A stretch of 64,000 bases of DNA from Podarcis cretensis. Taxonomy: Eukaryota. The notes under the pieces are model-generated. The model was not told where the DNA came from and did not search any database. It saw only the letters and a list, made by a program, of their open reading frames with translations. The translations under genes and the position numbers were made by a program. The stretch lies in NCBI GenBank assembly GCA_951804945.1, contig OX638152.1, positions 101,122,001 to 101,186,000 on the forward strand, given 5' to 3'. Of the stretch, positions 26,661 through 40,600 are shown in pieces; the first letter of the stretch is position 1, and the number at the start of each line of letters is the position of its first letter.

Positions 26661-27527
26661 TATATATATATATATATATGCAAACTTCAAAGCACATCAG
26701 AAGATTAGCTCTCTCTTCACCCTTTCAAGTTTACTCACGCCAAACACAGGCACACAAAACAAAACAAAACAAAACAGTAGATTAATGAAAAGTTTTATAA
26801 AAAACCTAGGAACTTCCACCCAATTCACTGTTTGCTAACGCCCCTTGTCAACCCCACCCCGTACCCTCCCAGCTCCATCCTCCACAGCTCCTTCAAGCCC
26901 ATCTGCTCTCTGCTACTTTACCCCGCCCCCATCCCCACCTACCCATCCCCACATTGTCAATCCCCTTCTGCCCACTTCACCCAAAAGTCCCCACTTCCCC
27001 AGCCATGTGCCCCAAACTCCACACTCCACATCTGCAAGCCCATAACTGCTCCCTTCCCCTCCCCCGATTGCCCAAAACACCTCCTCTTCCTCAGCAGCTC
27101 ACCCAGCTCCCAACATCCTCCAGACATTGTTACTTACAGGGGTGATTCTATGCCCTGCGCTCCTGCCACCAACAGAAGAAGAGTGCATTTTGAAATACTG
27201 AAGGGGTAGAAAGACTTCAACCCATGACAATGAACAACAATGATGATGACTGTGTGGAGGCCTGCTCAGACCCCAGGCTTGGCTTGCCCTGTTGTGTGTG
27301 CATGGGAGTGAGCAAGCAAGGGGGCAGGTGGTTGGTGGCAGCAGCAGTGACAACAGGAGGAACATGGGAAGGCCTGAGCCACCCACCTGCCCACCTACTT
27401 GATTTGCCAACCTGCTCACTTGCTCTGCCTGCTTTTGCAATGCTGCAGCCTGACTGGCCATCAGTAGATATCCATGCAAACTGCAGCATGACAACCTTTT
27501 TGTTGCAAAAATATTATATAGCAAGAT

Positions 27528-27790
27528 AAGGTAAAGGTAAAGTGACCCCTGACCATTAGATCCAGTCGCGGATGACTCTGGGGTTGCAGTGCTCATCTCA
27601 CTTTATTGGCCAAGGGAACTGGCGTACAGCTTCCTGGTCATGTGGCCAGCATGACTAAGCCACTTCTGGCAAACCAGAGCAGCACAGGGAAACACTGTTT
27701 ACCTTCCTGCCAGAGCGGTACCTATTTATCTACTTGCACTTCATGCTTTCGAACTGCTAGGTTCTGCTAGGAGCTGGGACCAAGCAACAG
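27528..27790 (-). mobile_element. Sauria SINE, 5'-truncated
   Basis: aaggtaaaggtaaag tail; reverse-complement match to 13623-13945. Confidence 0.9.
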
Positions 27791-30619
27791 AAAAATACTA
27801 TGTATGAAGCAAACATCTAATTTGGGCATCAGACATCAATGAAAAGCACTGCTGGATGTTATGCCATGGAAATTGCCAGAATTGCCAAATTATTTAATTT
27901 TTAGAAAATTGCATTTTGGCTGGGCTTGAGCCAGAGCCAGAAATAAGGCTCAGCTGGGGGTGGGGGGATAGACAACATGGTGCCTTCTAGACATTTTGGA
28001 CATTCCTGGTTGGGCTTGATGGAATTATAGTCCACAACATCTGACTGGAGGGCACCACACATTGGCTACTTTGACCTAAATTGTACTACTTCTCAACTGA
28101 AAACTGTCCTAAAAGCAAAATAAAATGTAACAAGCTATTGGGGGAAGTAAGTGAGTTGACAGTATTGCTTGCAGACAATATTTCAAGAAGTCTCCACATG
28201 ATGGACCAACCTTTTGATAAACTTTTATCTAAAAGAAGATACGTGTACCAGTAATGCCACACGAAGTGCTGTCTTCTTTTGAGAAGGCTTTCTTGTTTAT
28301 TGCTTCATTGTTGCAGCGGAGGGGGAATCAAAGCACTTTTGCTTTAAGGAAAAGAAAAACTGTTGAGCATTATAGATTGGCTACAAAACTATCCATTAAT
28401 AAAGTTAACCTTCAGCTGTGGACTAATTAATTTGAAAATAATGAACACCCACACATTTTTAAGAAAGGAAAAGGGAAAAAGGGAAAAGAAACCTTGGTTT
28501 TAACATGAGTCAGTCACTTAAAACTAAAGAGCAATTTAAGGCTGTGTAAAGCATTCATTAATTCCCAATCAAAGAAAAGGCTAGATATTTCAAACTCCAC
28601 AGTTCAAATGAAAGCAAGGAGATTAAACCAAATGAAGCAACGTAAATCATTTTAAAGGTTTGAAAATATGATGCAGAAGGAAAAAAAGCTTTCTGCACTT
28701 AAGTGTGAGAATGTGTGCAGAGGGTAATGTTTCTCGTATCCATGAATGCAGACAACAAGGAATGAAAACTGTGATTTTAAAAGCACGACTTTAATCTTAG
28801 AGAGTGACTAACCAGCTGGTACAAAGCTTTCTCTAATCTGACAGGCCCCAGTGAATTTTGAGTATGTTATCAAATGACTATTGCCTTAATACTCTTCACA
28901 CATGTCGCATGTAAGGGAATGTTTCCAAATTATGAATTCTCTCTCCCCAGAGAGTGCAAGATTTAAAACACAGACATATCAGGGCATGGGGCACATCCAA
29001 GGGATAGAACTAGATATTTAGGAGCAAAAGGATTCTGCTAAACATAAAAAAAGTGGAGAGGGGAGGGTACTTATCCTTTTCCCAATCTGCCAATTCTCTG
29101 TGTTTTCCCCATCCTCAAGTGTTTGTTTTTAGCTGAAGTTCCCACTTATAGTTTCTGTTGCTGGGAAAGAAGAAAGGAGATGGTGGAGAGGTCAGCACGG
29201 TGTGCTGGGTGGAGCTAATCCAGCGATTCTGCCAGTGTGTTTGCACTGCACCAACATCCTTGCTGCCTCCCCCCCCCCTGCTTCCTTTTAAACAGTGGCA
29301 ACTCAGCTGTCCGGAGATCATCTGAGTGTTGCTATTATGAAACACCAGCATATTTACAGTGACATGAATTTTCAGACCCATATCTGCCATCAAATGTCCA
29401 ATCAATAAAATGTAGAATTATGGTTGCAGGATAGCCATGTAAATCAAATCTTACATTTGAGAGAAGCAGTGGAAAGTACTGACAAATGTTTTAGTTAGAA
29501 CACCCATTAGCTGAAAAGGTCGTTTATTCAGGTAGAAGGACAACTCCTCAGAAAGTAACTTTGCTAATTAAACGTAAAGCCTTTGCAGGAAAAAACAGAA
29601 ACTACTAAGCAGTGGAGGCTGGCAGTGCACTGTTATTGAAAGGAACTTTGAAAGAGCCTAATTTGCTCATCTGGTGGTGCACCAACATATGCTTCATTTT
29701 AACTGTTTTAATATGTTAACTAACAAACGGTTTGGGACCATTGTGTCTCCTCCTGCCACCCTCTGTAAGTAGGAAAAATAAGGACTTGTTTCACTCTGAG
29801 TACACAGGGCACTGGGAGCACAGAACAGAGACTAAGACTAGAAGCCACTCTCTTCCTGTGTGAGCTGAAGATTTAAGAGACAGTTGGTTGCAGGAAGACC
29901 CAGGACTCAGCCACACTTATCTTGGTTCTGCATTTCTAGGCACAGGCCTGAGCATTTCCCACTCCACCCCCCCAAGCTTCCCCCAGGAAAACCCTCTATT
30001 TACTGCTGAATCCAAGCAAACAACATCCTGTGAAACCCCCAAATTACTGTTTGCTCCAATCAGGTTTCCTGGGGAAAGCGTGGGGGGGGCACTTAGACAT
30101 GGACCAGGAAAGTGCGGACCTGGCGTCTAGAAAGTGTGGGGTGAAAGGTAAGTGTGGGTGAGCTCTCCATCACAACTAGTTCCACAAGAGCTTAACTGCT
30201 GCTATCCTGAATCTTGAAGTGGTGGTTTGCTAGCCTTTGCTGGAGTTCACCAGAGGCACTTTCTTTAGGGCTTCTTTAAACCTGGAGCCAGACCTGGCTT
30301 TACAACTTGGTTGTTCAAATGTATGTTACCTATCTTGCTTGGCCAGCTGGAATGAGATTTGTAATTTGTGATAGAAGATAATAATAATAAAAAGAAGAAG
30401 ATAAATACAACACAGTTTTCGAAAGAGAGGTTTGCAGTTGGCTGCAGCAGCACGAGAACCCGGTTTTGGCATGCATTGCAAGCTGTGGAGGGCTCCCAGT
30501 TGCATACTGGGAGAGAATACAAAAAGAATCCCTGGAGCTAGGCTGAAGAGAAGAAAACTGTCTTCTTCCAACAGTTAAGAAATAGTTCCCATTTAGCATC
30601 AAACATATTTACCCATGAC

Positions 30620-30880
30620 TGACCATTTTGAATTCAGAACAGATTGGTTAACATCTTCATCTCTTTAAAGTCTCAAATCTTCCACAGAAGGTCTATTTCC
30701 ACAGGAGTTTTGGTTAATTTCCAGCAATATGCAACTTTAATCTTAATAGTATATTAACAACAAATTCCAAATCAACTTCCAACACCACATCTTTTAAACA
30801 GCCCAATAATAGGATCAAAGGATCCATAGACAAATCACTTCCAGTTATATTTATTAGATGTCTTGACAATTTCCCAAATT
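30620..30880 (-). mobile_element. Old L1/Tx1 ORF2 C-terminal fragment
   Basis: Minus strand reads ..LINITGSDLSMDPLILLLGCL.., like the segment after the zinc knuckle in L1 ORF2. Confidence 0.5.
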
Positions 30881-32380
30881 CATTGTTTCAGGTCTCTTGG
30901 CCCACAGCTCAAACCAGTTGCATCACCTCCACCTACCCTGCAGGTGACTGTTTTGCTGAACATCCAAAACTGCCTAGGTGAGCTACCTCACCGATGACAC
31001 TTGAATTAGTATTTATTGTTAGTGAGTGAAGAGCCTGTACCAATGTTAAAGAGAGGCTCAAAGAAGGACAGGACAGCATGGCTCAAAACAGTATGTTCCT
31101 GAGGGTTCAAAAACATGTACTGCTGGTAATTCTAAACTTTGAGAGTAATAACCTTGGAAACAGTTGCCAGCCCAGCCGAAGCAGTTGGATGCTGTTAAAC
31201 TACATTTGCTTTTGTGTCCTTGGGTAAGCGATGCCCTTGTAAAATTGCAAAGCAAAAATGAGCCAGTTTCTCTCTAACAAAACAGACATAGTCCTGTGAT
31301 GTGAAATTACTGGAAAGATGTGATTTGGGGAAATTACAGTTCCTTGTTTAGTATATGCTATGCATGCCCTCCGGCCTTCCCTAACCAGTATCTCCCCATT
31401 TCATTTAAATTGTAATGATTTCCTTTAAGGACAATTACGTTGCCCAAAAGCAATGTATGCATAATCATACCACTTTGCCATGGTTGGGAGTAGAAGCAGA
31501 GTAAAGCTATTTATTAATGTGATAATTAACTGTTAATGCTGAGCAGCCTAATTATATCAGTTTAAAAACAGTTTCCATGTTCGAGGCAGGTTGCTCCAAA
31601 AGATTTCTATTCAAGATAATAAAACGCTATGAATATCACAGCAAACCCTCAATTACACATTAAAGGACTGTGATCCACCTATTTTTCCAACAAACAAATT
31701 CCAACTTCATTAGCATATTTAGAGCCATACTTCCCTCGCTGTAATTATCTGCAGTGTAAGTTAGAAATTTTTGTTTTTCAAGGGGCAGCCATTACAAGCA
31801 GGGCCATAATGTATATGGCACCAAAACAGAAAGCAATCCTTTTGAGAGAGTGTGGTTTACTTGCAGTAATTGCAACTGCTGGTTCTGCTGACTTTTAGGG
31901 TCAAACTTTTCATGAGGTGCCCCTCTCTTGGGATCCATAAAAGTGCAACCGTTTATGCCAGGCTTAAGCATTGCTTTGAACATATTGAGCTGTTTTCTGC
32001 AGAGTTAAAACCACCTCTGTTCTGGTAGCAGCAGTCAGTGATGTGCAAATTCCACTCATTCAGTTAGGGATGGGCTCAGCTGAAACACGCTTTTGGGGTC
32101 CCATTTTACTCCCAGTGACACTATCAGAAATGTGATGAGACCCAGATACCCTGTGATTTAGCCCCTGAGCCCTAACCCGCTACCTTCCCTACTCCCCAAA
32201 TTAGCTGGGTGACTGTGGCATTAGTGACATCCCACAAACCATGAGCGCTGATTTATATGTCATACTAAGACAGCACTATGGTTTGTTTCTCCCCCCGCCC
32301 AAGCTTGGTATAGGGAAGAGTAGGGCAAGTATAACTTGAGCACAGTTAGCTAGTTCACTGCTTGTTCAAATTAAGCCATA

Positions 32381-32622
32381 CAGTGGTACCTCAGGTTAAA
32401 TACACTTCAGGTTACATATGCTTCAGGTTACAGACTCGGCTAAACCAGAAATAGTGCTTCAGGTTAAGAACTTTGCTTCAGGATGAGAACAGAAATTGTG
32501 CTCTGGCGGCGCAGCAGCAGCGGGAGGCCCCATTAGCTAAAGTGGTCCTTCAGGTTAAGAACAGTTTCAGGTCAAGAACGGACCTCCGGAATGAATTAAG
32601 TACTTAACCCGAGGTACCACTG
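32381..32622 (+). mobile_element. Tc1/mariner (Tigger/pogo-like) MITE, family M1
   Basis: TIR cagtggtacctcRggtta, TA TSDs, internal cttcaggtta repeats. Confidence 0.92.
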
Positions 32623-32824
32623 TACTTCATTTTAGACTGGGACTTGCTGGGACATGCAAAGCAGGGCAATTTGTACTTTGAAGGATTTTGCCTTTACTTT
32701 GTCCCATATTCCCTTGCAGGAAACATGGGATATGGGTGAATGGTGCATTTGATAAGAATATCCTAAAGAAAAATGTTGAGAACAGCAGAAATAGTTGCTG
32801 TGAATTCAAGAGATATTTGCACTA

Positions 32825-32886
32825 TCTTCTTCTTCTTCTTCTTCTTCTTCTTCTTCTTCTTCTTCTTCTTCTTCTTCTTCTTCTTC
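32825..32886 (+). repeat. (TTC)n microsatellite
   Basis: About 20 perfect units. Confidence 0.97.
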
Positions 32887-33150
32887 ATCGTCCTACCATT
32901 CACTGTAAGGTCTCAGGAGGGGTTGCAACAATTAAAACACAATGTTAAAAACAGTTTTAAAAACTGCTGGTTTCTCATGGATGCTTGGAACTAGTTGTGG
33001 AACTCTTTCTGGTTAAGTAGATCACATTCAACATAAAAGTATAATACCTCCAGCCAAGAGTGATCCCCTCTCCAGAAAACCAAAACAGGATTCTGGGCAC
33101 ATTTGCCGTTATACTTCCAGCAGTAATCAGTGGTGAGGTGTAATACTGTA

Positions 33151-33392
33151 CAGTGGTACCTCAGGTTAAGTACTTAATTCATTCCGGAGGTCTGTTCTTA
33201 ACATGAAACTGTTCTTAACCTGAAGCACGACTTAAGCTAATGGGGCCTCCTGCTGCCACCGCACCGCCGGAGCACAATTTCTGTTCTCATCCTGAAGCAA
33301 AGTTCTTAACCCGAGGTACTATTTCTGGGTTAGCGGAGTCTGTAACCTGAAGCGTATGTAACCTGAAGCATATGTAACCCGAGGTACCACTG
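33151..33392 (-). mobile_element. MITE family M1, inverted relative to 32381-32622
   Basis: Same TIRs, TA TSDs, reverse-complement body. Confidence 0.92.
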
Positions 33393-34084
33393 TATTCAGA
33401 ATTGCTCTCTGTAGCATTTTGGTAATCTATTCCTTGTCTTTATTCCTGATTTTAGAAATTTAGGAGCAGGCATACATGGGGCACCAACATGGCTCAGAGC
33501 TTTGACAAAACAGCTGAGTCATCGTTGCTGGAAGCCAAAAAATATTTCGCAGGAGTAGCCAAAACAACCACCACCACCTGGGGGTTGGGGTGGGTTGTAT
33601 ATTTCTACCTTCTTAGAAGAAGTGCAGGGGAATCTTTTGTCAAGAATCATCTACAAGGTTTGAATTGCAGACAAGAAAAGTGGTGTGAAAAATGCTTCCC
33701 CCAAAGTCGAGTCTTACAGCCCCCTGGTAACACCTGACCGGGATGCCCAAATGTTGAGGATTTCTCCCACATTCTGGTGGTTAGTAACATTGACGTGGGA
33801 ATGAGACACATCATTCACTTTACTGGTGCATGGTTACTCTATAGAGATATTATTACAGCTGCTCTTGTTATGCCCTTGTAAACAAAACTAGTAATCAATA
33901 TAAGAAAGGCTTTGGAGAATCAACCCATCGTCATATTCCTAGAAGTACAGAACATGGCAAGAAAATCCTAATTTTTGCATCATTTTTGCAATTAAATCAA
34001 ATTGGAGGGGGGGAAGGAGTGTATAAAATATTACTTTTTACTACCTTGAAAAAACTCACTGCCTCTCAGGGAAAATGTATATTA

Positions 34085-34440
34085 AAGTTAAAGGTAAAGG
34101 TACCCCTGCCCGTACGGGCCAGTCTTGACAGACTCTGGGGTTGTGCGCCCATCTCACTTAAGAGGCCAGGGGCCAGCGCTGTCCGGAGACACTTCCGGGT
34201 CACGTGGCCAGCGTGACATCGCTGCTCTGGCGAGCCAGAGCCACACACGGAAACGCCATTTACCTTCCCGCTGGTAAGCGGTCCCTATTTATCTACTTGC
34301 ACCCGGAGGTGCTTTCGAACTGCTAGGTTGGCAGGCGCTGGGACCGAACAGCGGGAGCGCACCCCGCCGCAGGGATTCGAACCGCCGACCTTTCAATCGG
34401 CAAGCCCTAGGCGCTGAGGCTTTAACCCACAGCGCCACCG
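34085..34440 (-). mobile_element. Sauria SINE, young subfamily, near full length
   Basis: Near-identical reverse complement of 26318-26660; 9-bp TSD tgtatatta (34076-34084 and 34441-34449). Confidence 0.95.
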
Positions 34441-35269
34441 TGTATATTAGTGATAGATTAAAATGGTTAAATGCGGATATCTTGTTTGGGGTGATTCATT
34501 TCTTTCACCAAGAATTATTAGCACAAAATTTAAGACCCCTGACTGTCTACTTTTTCCTTATTTTAGAAATAAGAAATTTTGCAGCAGTTGAAGTCAATTA
34601 AAACCTAGATTATTGCAGAGCTGATAAAATTCCATTTTATTTCCCCATAACTCCTTCATAGGCCTTGTAGGAAGATTTTATATGGCTCTAGGGAATTAGG
34701 CTTCAAGCTGAAAAGGGAGGCCTTTTATCACAATGTCCAAGGCAGGTGAAAATATATATACATAGAGAATCATAAGATGTCTTCCTGAATCCTTCCTGCC
34801 TAATTTGTTTCATCTATACTGAAGTAGAACATAGAACTGTATCATGGGAACAAATATTGTTTATCACGATCTAAAACAGGGGTGGGAAGCCTTTTTCAGG
34901 CTAAAGCCAGATCTAGAACGACCCACACTCCATGGCCATTTTTAGTTGGTGAGCATATGTCAATCACCCGCCACCACAGCAGCAAAGACTTAGATGTTTA
35001 AAGCACTTAGATCAGAGTTAAGCCTCTGTTGGCTGCCTTTTAAAGAGCAAGCAGCTTTTCTTTGCTCTTAGCACTGTGGTACTTAGCACCAACCTTAATG
35101 TATCTCCAACCTTAATGCTTAGATTAATGCATATGACTGATGGGTGGGTGTGGTTTTTCCAAAATGGCACCATAGGTTAAATTCAGAGGCCTGAGGGACC
35201 TAATTAGGCTATGGGTCAGAGATTCCCCCTCCTCTGTCTATATGAAAATAAAACAACAACAACAATCAC

Positions 35270-35690
35270 AAGCAGATCCCAGGTTGGGTTACAACAATTT
35301 AAAATTCAGTATTTAAAACATTTAAAGCAAATTACAGTGACAGGAATTGGGTGGATCCTGAAAACACACATTTCATGTGTCAAAAGGCCAGGGTAATGAA
35401 GTGCATCTTCAGCATTCATTGAAAGCTGTACAGTGAAGTGCCTCCTCTGTCCGTGAGGAGGGATTTCCACAACTTAAGGGCTGCCATGGAGAATGGCCTT
35501 TTCTAGGCCATCAACTCTTGAGTTCACTGGAACTACCAATAGGGCCCCCTCTGCTTATCATAGCACCCAAGAGGGTTTGAGGGAAAGGAGGCTATCTCTT
35601 AGATATCTGGGGCTTAGGTCATTTAGGGCTTTAAACATTAGCATAAGCACCTTGAGTTGGGCCCAGAGAGAAACTGACAACCAGTGTGCA
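35270..35690 (-). mobile_element. L2 LINE 3' fragment
   Basis: Reverse of the L2 C-terminal pattern (..LKVLMLMFKALN.L.PRYLRD.L..); related fragments at ~56190-56440 (-), ~44570-44705 (-) and ~49080-49400 (+). Confidence 0.7.
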
Positions 35691-35940
35691 GGCATATAGC
35701 CTCTATGATATGGGGAATAAGACATGAACACTCAGCTTCTAAAGGATGGCTCATATATGTTCATCACAGCATTGCTTGGTGACTGTAACAAGAAGCAACA
35801 GTGTGAGTAGAACATCACTAATATATAACACCACCAATAAAAGGTTTTCTTTTACCCTCAAACACAATACCTTTCCATGGCAACAGATTTTCGGTCATGT
35901 TCAGTATATACACAGCAAGAATTTCATGAGGGTGAGGTGG

Positions 35941-36297
35941 TGTAGCACCCTGCTTGTGGTTAACGCTTAGCTGGAATGAAATATTCAACGCAGCAATAGA
36001 GAAATTAAAATAATAATTTATTTGTCAGACAAATAAATATGAGGCACAGTGGTATATGGTTACCAAGCTCTGGCCTGGCCTCCTGCCATTCTGGCCAGCA
36101 CTTATATTTCCTTAATCCAGCCCCCTTGCTCCTCCTGTGGCTGCCTCTGTCCAATCAGCCTGGTTGAAATTCCTATTGGCTGTTTGCTAGAACCAATCAC
36201 AAAAGATACACCCATTTCCTTCTGCCCTTTTATGGGAAACAAAAAGCTATATATTCTTCTATCTATAAATGACAAATAAGTAGTAATATATCTTACA
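35941..36297 (-). mobile_element. Short solo LTR-like element
   Basis: TGTA..TACA ends, three CCAAT/ATTGG boxes, minus-strand TATA-like and AATAAA; no TSD. Confidence 0.4.
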
Positions 36298-36414
36298 TGT
36301 GTCTCAACAAGGAACCTTAATTACCAGCTCACCTCGCCCTATTGCCCTCCAAAACAGATGGTTAATCTTAAATTTTTATCTTAAACAGATGTCAAGGATC
36401 TTGAGTTCACATCA

Positions 36415-36553
36415 TCATTGAAAGATCTTCTTCTCTTGAAGGTCTTTTAAACAAAGGCCTGACAACCATATGTGTGCTCTAATGATGTTTCCTGCTTGGC
36501 AGGGGGGCTGGGCTGGTGGCTGATGGCCCCTGTGATCTCTTCCAACTATATGA
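36415..36553 (+). mobile_element. CR1 3' end
   Basis: Aligns with 43860-43990 of the young CR1. Confidence 0.8.
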
Positions 36554-37553
36554 AATAAGAATCTAGCATAAGGATTTAACATTTCTTAGCTTCCAATTCC
36601 TTTGCATAATTACATTTAAGCCAATATATTTAATACATAACATAGATAGCCTTTTAGAAGAATAAACCTTTTCAAAGTAAAAAAGGAAGGAACATTTTAC
36701 AGCCTCAAAATAAGATAGAAAGAAAACCTCTTCCTCCAGCCAAGCCAGTTGCCTTTTTCACTGCTCTTGACCTTTCAACCTTAGGAAAATATGGCTCAAG
36801 TTTAATGGGAGGCACATGGTTTTATTTTACTATTTACCCACTCTTAATTATGTTTATCTCTTTTTTTTAATCTTCTGTAATATGTAGGGTCAGTGTAACC
36901 TTGGCTGTCAGCCTGTAATTCCCTTTTTACGACTTTGAGAATTGTTTTCTGCTATAAATCAGGGGGCCCCCTTGTCCAGGAGAATAAACATCTTGCCAAG
37001 GTTCTTAGGCAGCTGGTCTTCTGCCTGGCATGAACATTTGAAAATCTTTAAGCTCATTTTAAAATACAGGCCCTGATCAAGCCTCAATAAAAATGCAGGC
37101 TATGATTAGATGCCTCAGTGGTAGAGCCCTGAGGCACTTGACTGGCTTTTGGTGATTCTTTGACTGAGGGTGCTGGGGCAGGCACATTCTTGTGAAAAAC
37201 ACAAAAATAAAAAATGCCTGCAACAAACTAACACACATAGCCAAGAACAGGCTAGTCCTAGACCCTGTTGTGCTGGTTTTCTTCTCGTAAGACAGCTTTT
37301 TATATGCATAAACACTCAAAGCTGATATCCCCCCACCTGCAGTCTGAAATGGTCAAATCGACTCCACTATCTCAGCAATACCACTTCACTCTGCCACATA
37401 AGTAGACTAGCACTAGTCTACCAGTCACCAAGTGTAGAATGGCATGTATAGATAAGCCTGAATTTGCTAGTAAAAAAAATAAACACTGACAATTTTTAAA
37501 TTATAGGCTTGATGTGTAAAGTCTGGGGTTGGATGAACCGCTTTACATATGTT

Positions 37554-37603
<50 letters not shown>

Positions 37604-40600
37604 ATAGTCGTCATGAGGAAGACAAACTGTGGAAACAAATAAACAGTGAGGACATTATGGGTGGTGGCACCCTGTGTTTTAAGCTTGTGATTTTATTATC
37701 TTTGGGTGCTTTTTGCTTGGCTATAGTAATGTTTTTCTGCCAATAATTTTATTTGTCTTGAATGTATATAGTGGTTGGTGCTTTACTTTTTAAAATCTTA
37801 CTGTGAACATTCGACTGGGTGGTGTACAAATATTGTAAGCAAGCAAATAAATAAATAATTTCTCCTCACTGCTGCTACTTCAACACCATCCCTCCTCCCT
37901 GGATTAGAAGTTTTTTTCTCCTTCCTAAAGTGATGCTGGCCATCAGGGATCAAGGACTGGACATGAGAATTACATAATATTTACTTAGCCAATGAGATCT
38001 GGATATGTTATGGTGCCACTGACGGCAAGCAAAGCCAATTGCAACGGACGCCAATGCTGTCTTGCATCAATCCCCTGAATGATCACTTTGCATGAATGAA
38101 CACTTTTTTGCTCCTTTTTGGTGTAAACCTAAACACCACCCCAAAGTACCGGGGAGACTTTTTTGATGCTGACAAAAATATTCACAGAACACACACCCTT
38201 TCTGCCACAGTCCCAGAAGTCATGCTGCTTTCTCAGTTAATTAAAAATGGATAAAATTACCATGGCAAGAAATAAACATCTTTTGAAGTGCACTTTAGAG
38301 TTTAATGGCATTGTCATTTGTGAATGGTTGGCAAGGGTTCCATAGGTGTTTTGCTGTTTCCTAATTCTTCACAGATTTCAAGAGGCCATATCACACATTA
38401 GCAGATGCAATGGATGAAAGGTTTTGTGACAAAAACATTAGTTAAATGGTGGCTACTTTCCATCAGGGAGGTCTGTGGCTTGGAAACAATGAGAGGCCAT
38501 GGTCATTTATATGTCAATCTCATTAAGAAAATGTCGGCCATTTTAATATAAGAAGTAAGCAGCTGCAATGGCTTCATTCCAGTTGCGAGGGGGTAATGTG
38601 GCCTGTTATGTCAAGTCAAATTGTGACTCCATCAAGATAAAAAAACCAGAATTTTCAACATTATATCTGCTCTATTACACTCTCTTTACATTTAACAATA
38701 ATTTACTGTGAGTGTAGGGGAGAGAACCTTCTAGCCATTTGTTAGCAACAAGGCTTGGAAAAACCCTTTCCTTGCAGATAAAAGGGAAACCCTACTGGGC
38801 ATTCATTTGGTCACAATAAAAACTTGCTGTGAGAATGCATTTACTATATCTCCTATGGGCATCTAGTGAGCAGAGTAGGGACTATGTTCCTCAGTGATCA
38901 TTGTTCCCATATGAGGTTCAGAGAACTGGCGCCTTACCTTATTCTGCACCAATAGTTGGGAGGCAGCTTCCATGTAGCAGTTCCAAAGGGCTCTGAGTAT
39001 TTGGTGACCATTGGTTATCTTTTATTATTTCACTTTCCTATGTTTGGTTTGGCATTATCTGGGTTATTAATAGGTTCATTTACACTAATGTTTGCCTGGT
39101 TTTACTTATTTATTAAGTTTGGTGTTGGCTGAGTGGGAATTTGAACCCAGGCCCTAGTCCAATCCTCAACCCTCTGCACTCTGCTAGTTCACAATTGTCC
39201 ATTTGTACCTATTGCACCCCATAAAAAGGCAAGCCATATTTAGGGTATCAGACAACAAAAAACAGCTTTACCCATACCACCAATGAATGCCAAGGTCAAC
39301 TAAGAAACACTCCAGTGTGCTTTGTTTTTTGAGGCACATTGTGTGTTCTTTGTGACATAAAGTGTGAGCCAGCCCTTATCAAAACAGACAAATACACACA
39401 CACAGAGAGAGAGAGAGAGAGACAAAATCATGCATTTTGTCACTGGAGGCAACATGACCCAGACTTCTTAGTCCAAGAGCTCTGTTCAGCAGAGCAATCT
39501 GCAGTTGTTAAGCTGCATGAACATGTGAAGGTCACAGATTTGAACTCCACACCTGGCTGAGTTTTTTGTAAAGATGCAGCTGGGCTGTGGAAACCAATTT
39601 TGTACAATTCTGAAGGTGCCTCCAGCACGACGCTGCCAGGGACAAGTGATTTCATATGGACCTGTTTCTTATTCCAGCCATTTGACTCCCCCTGATTCAG
39701 GAGACCAGCGAAGCAGCAGAAGTAACAACAGCAATGAAAATATAATCTGGTGTTCTGGATTTAATGTCCCTCAAACTCAAATTGCTAGCTGAATACCCTC
39801 AACCGCTACCCAGCTTAAATGAATATGGCCTAATTGGTGGAGGGCTCTATATTACCTTAGCAAGGACATGATGACCACAATCAACATTTTATAAATGCCA
39901 GACATTAATCTTCCTCTTTGTGCCTGCTGCACTTTAGCTGCCAACCTGTTTCAAGTAGCCCTCTGCCTTCGTGCAAACATTACTCATGCTGTCATTGTTA
40001 TTTGGGGATCACTCTCCAAAGATGAGAAGTATAGTGGCTCACGCTAAGTGGATTAATATGCAGATGTAACATCAGTTCATTACCAGTTTCAGCAGCCCAT
40101 AAAGTAATAAACATATGTGGGAAAGAGCTGGATAAATGCATACACTGTGCAATCCTGTGCAGGCCTACTCAAAGGCAAGTCCTATTGACCTCCATGGGCA
40201 GACTCTCAGGTAACTGGGAGCACCACTAAAGCCCCACTGATTTCAGCAAGAAAGCGAGTTCAATATATGCTGAACTCAATGGGACTTAAATATCTATTTA
40301 ATTCTGGCTGGGTCACGCTTTGTGTGTTTTTACACAAGGTCCTGTGACATTATCTGTGGCTAAAAGAAAAGTCTCCATGCTCTGAGGAGCTTAACAATTA
40401 AAAGATAGTTGGAAATAACTTTTCTTTTCTCTCCAGTTATCTAGAATTAATTGTTATGGGCATTGGGACAGTTATTTATTTGTTTGCTTGTTTGCTTCTT
40501 CCATTTACAGACTGTTTAATTGCCACACACATATGCATACGTGGAAGACACCTACAAACACCCAATCCACAAAGAAAAGTAACATTACGTAAAACAGTAT

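Noticed and set aside
30098-30153. ATG-initiated exon ending in AAG|GTAAGT
   Set aside because: Good donor, but it lies at the edge of a palindromic repeat remnant with no acceptor or promoter support.
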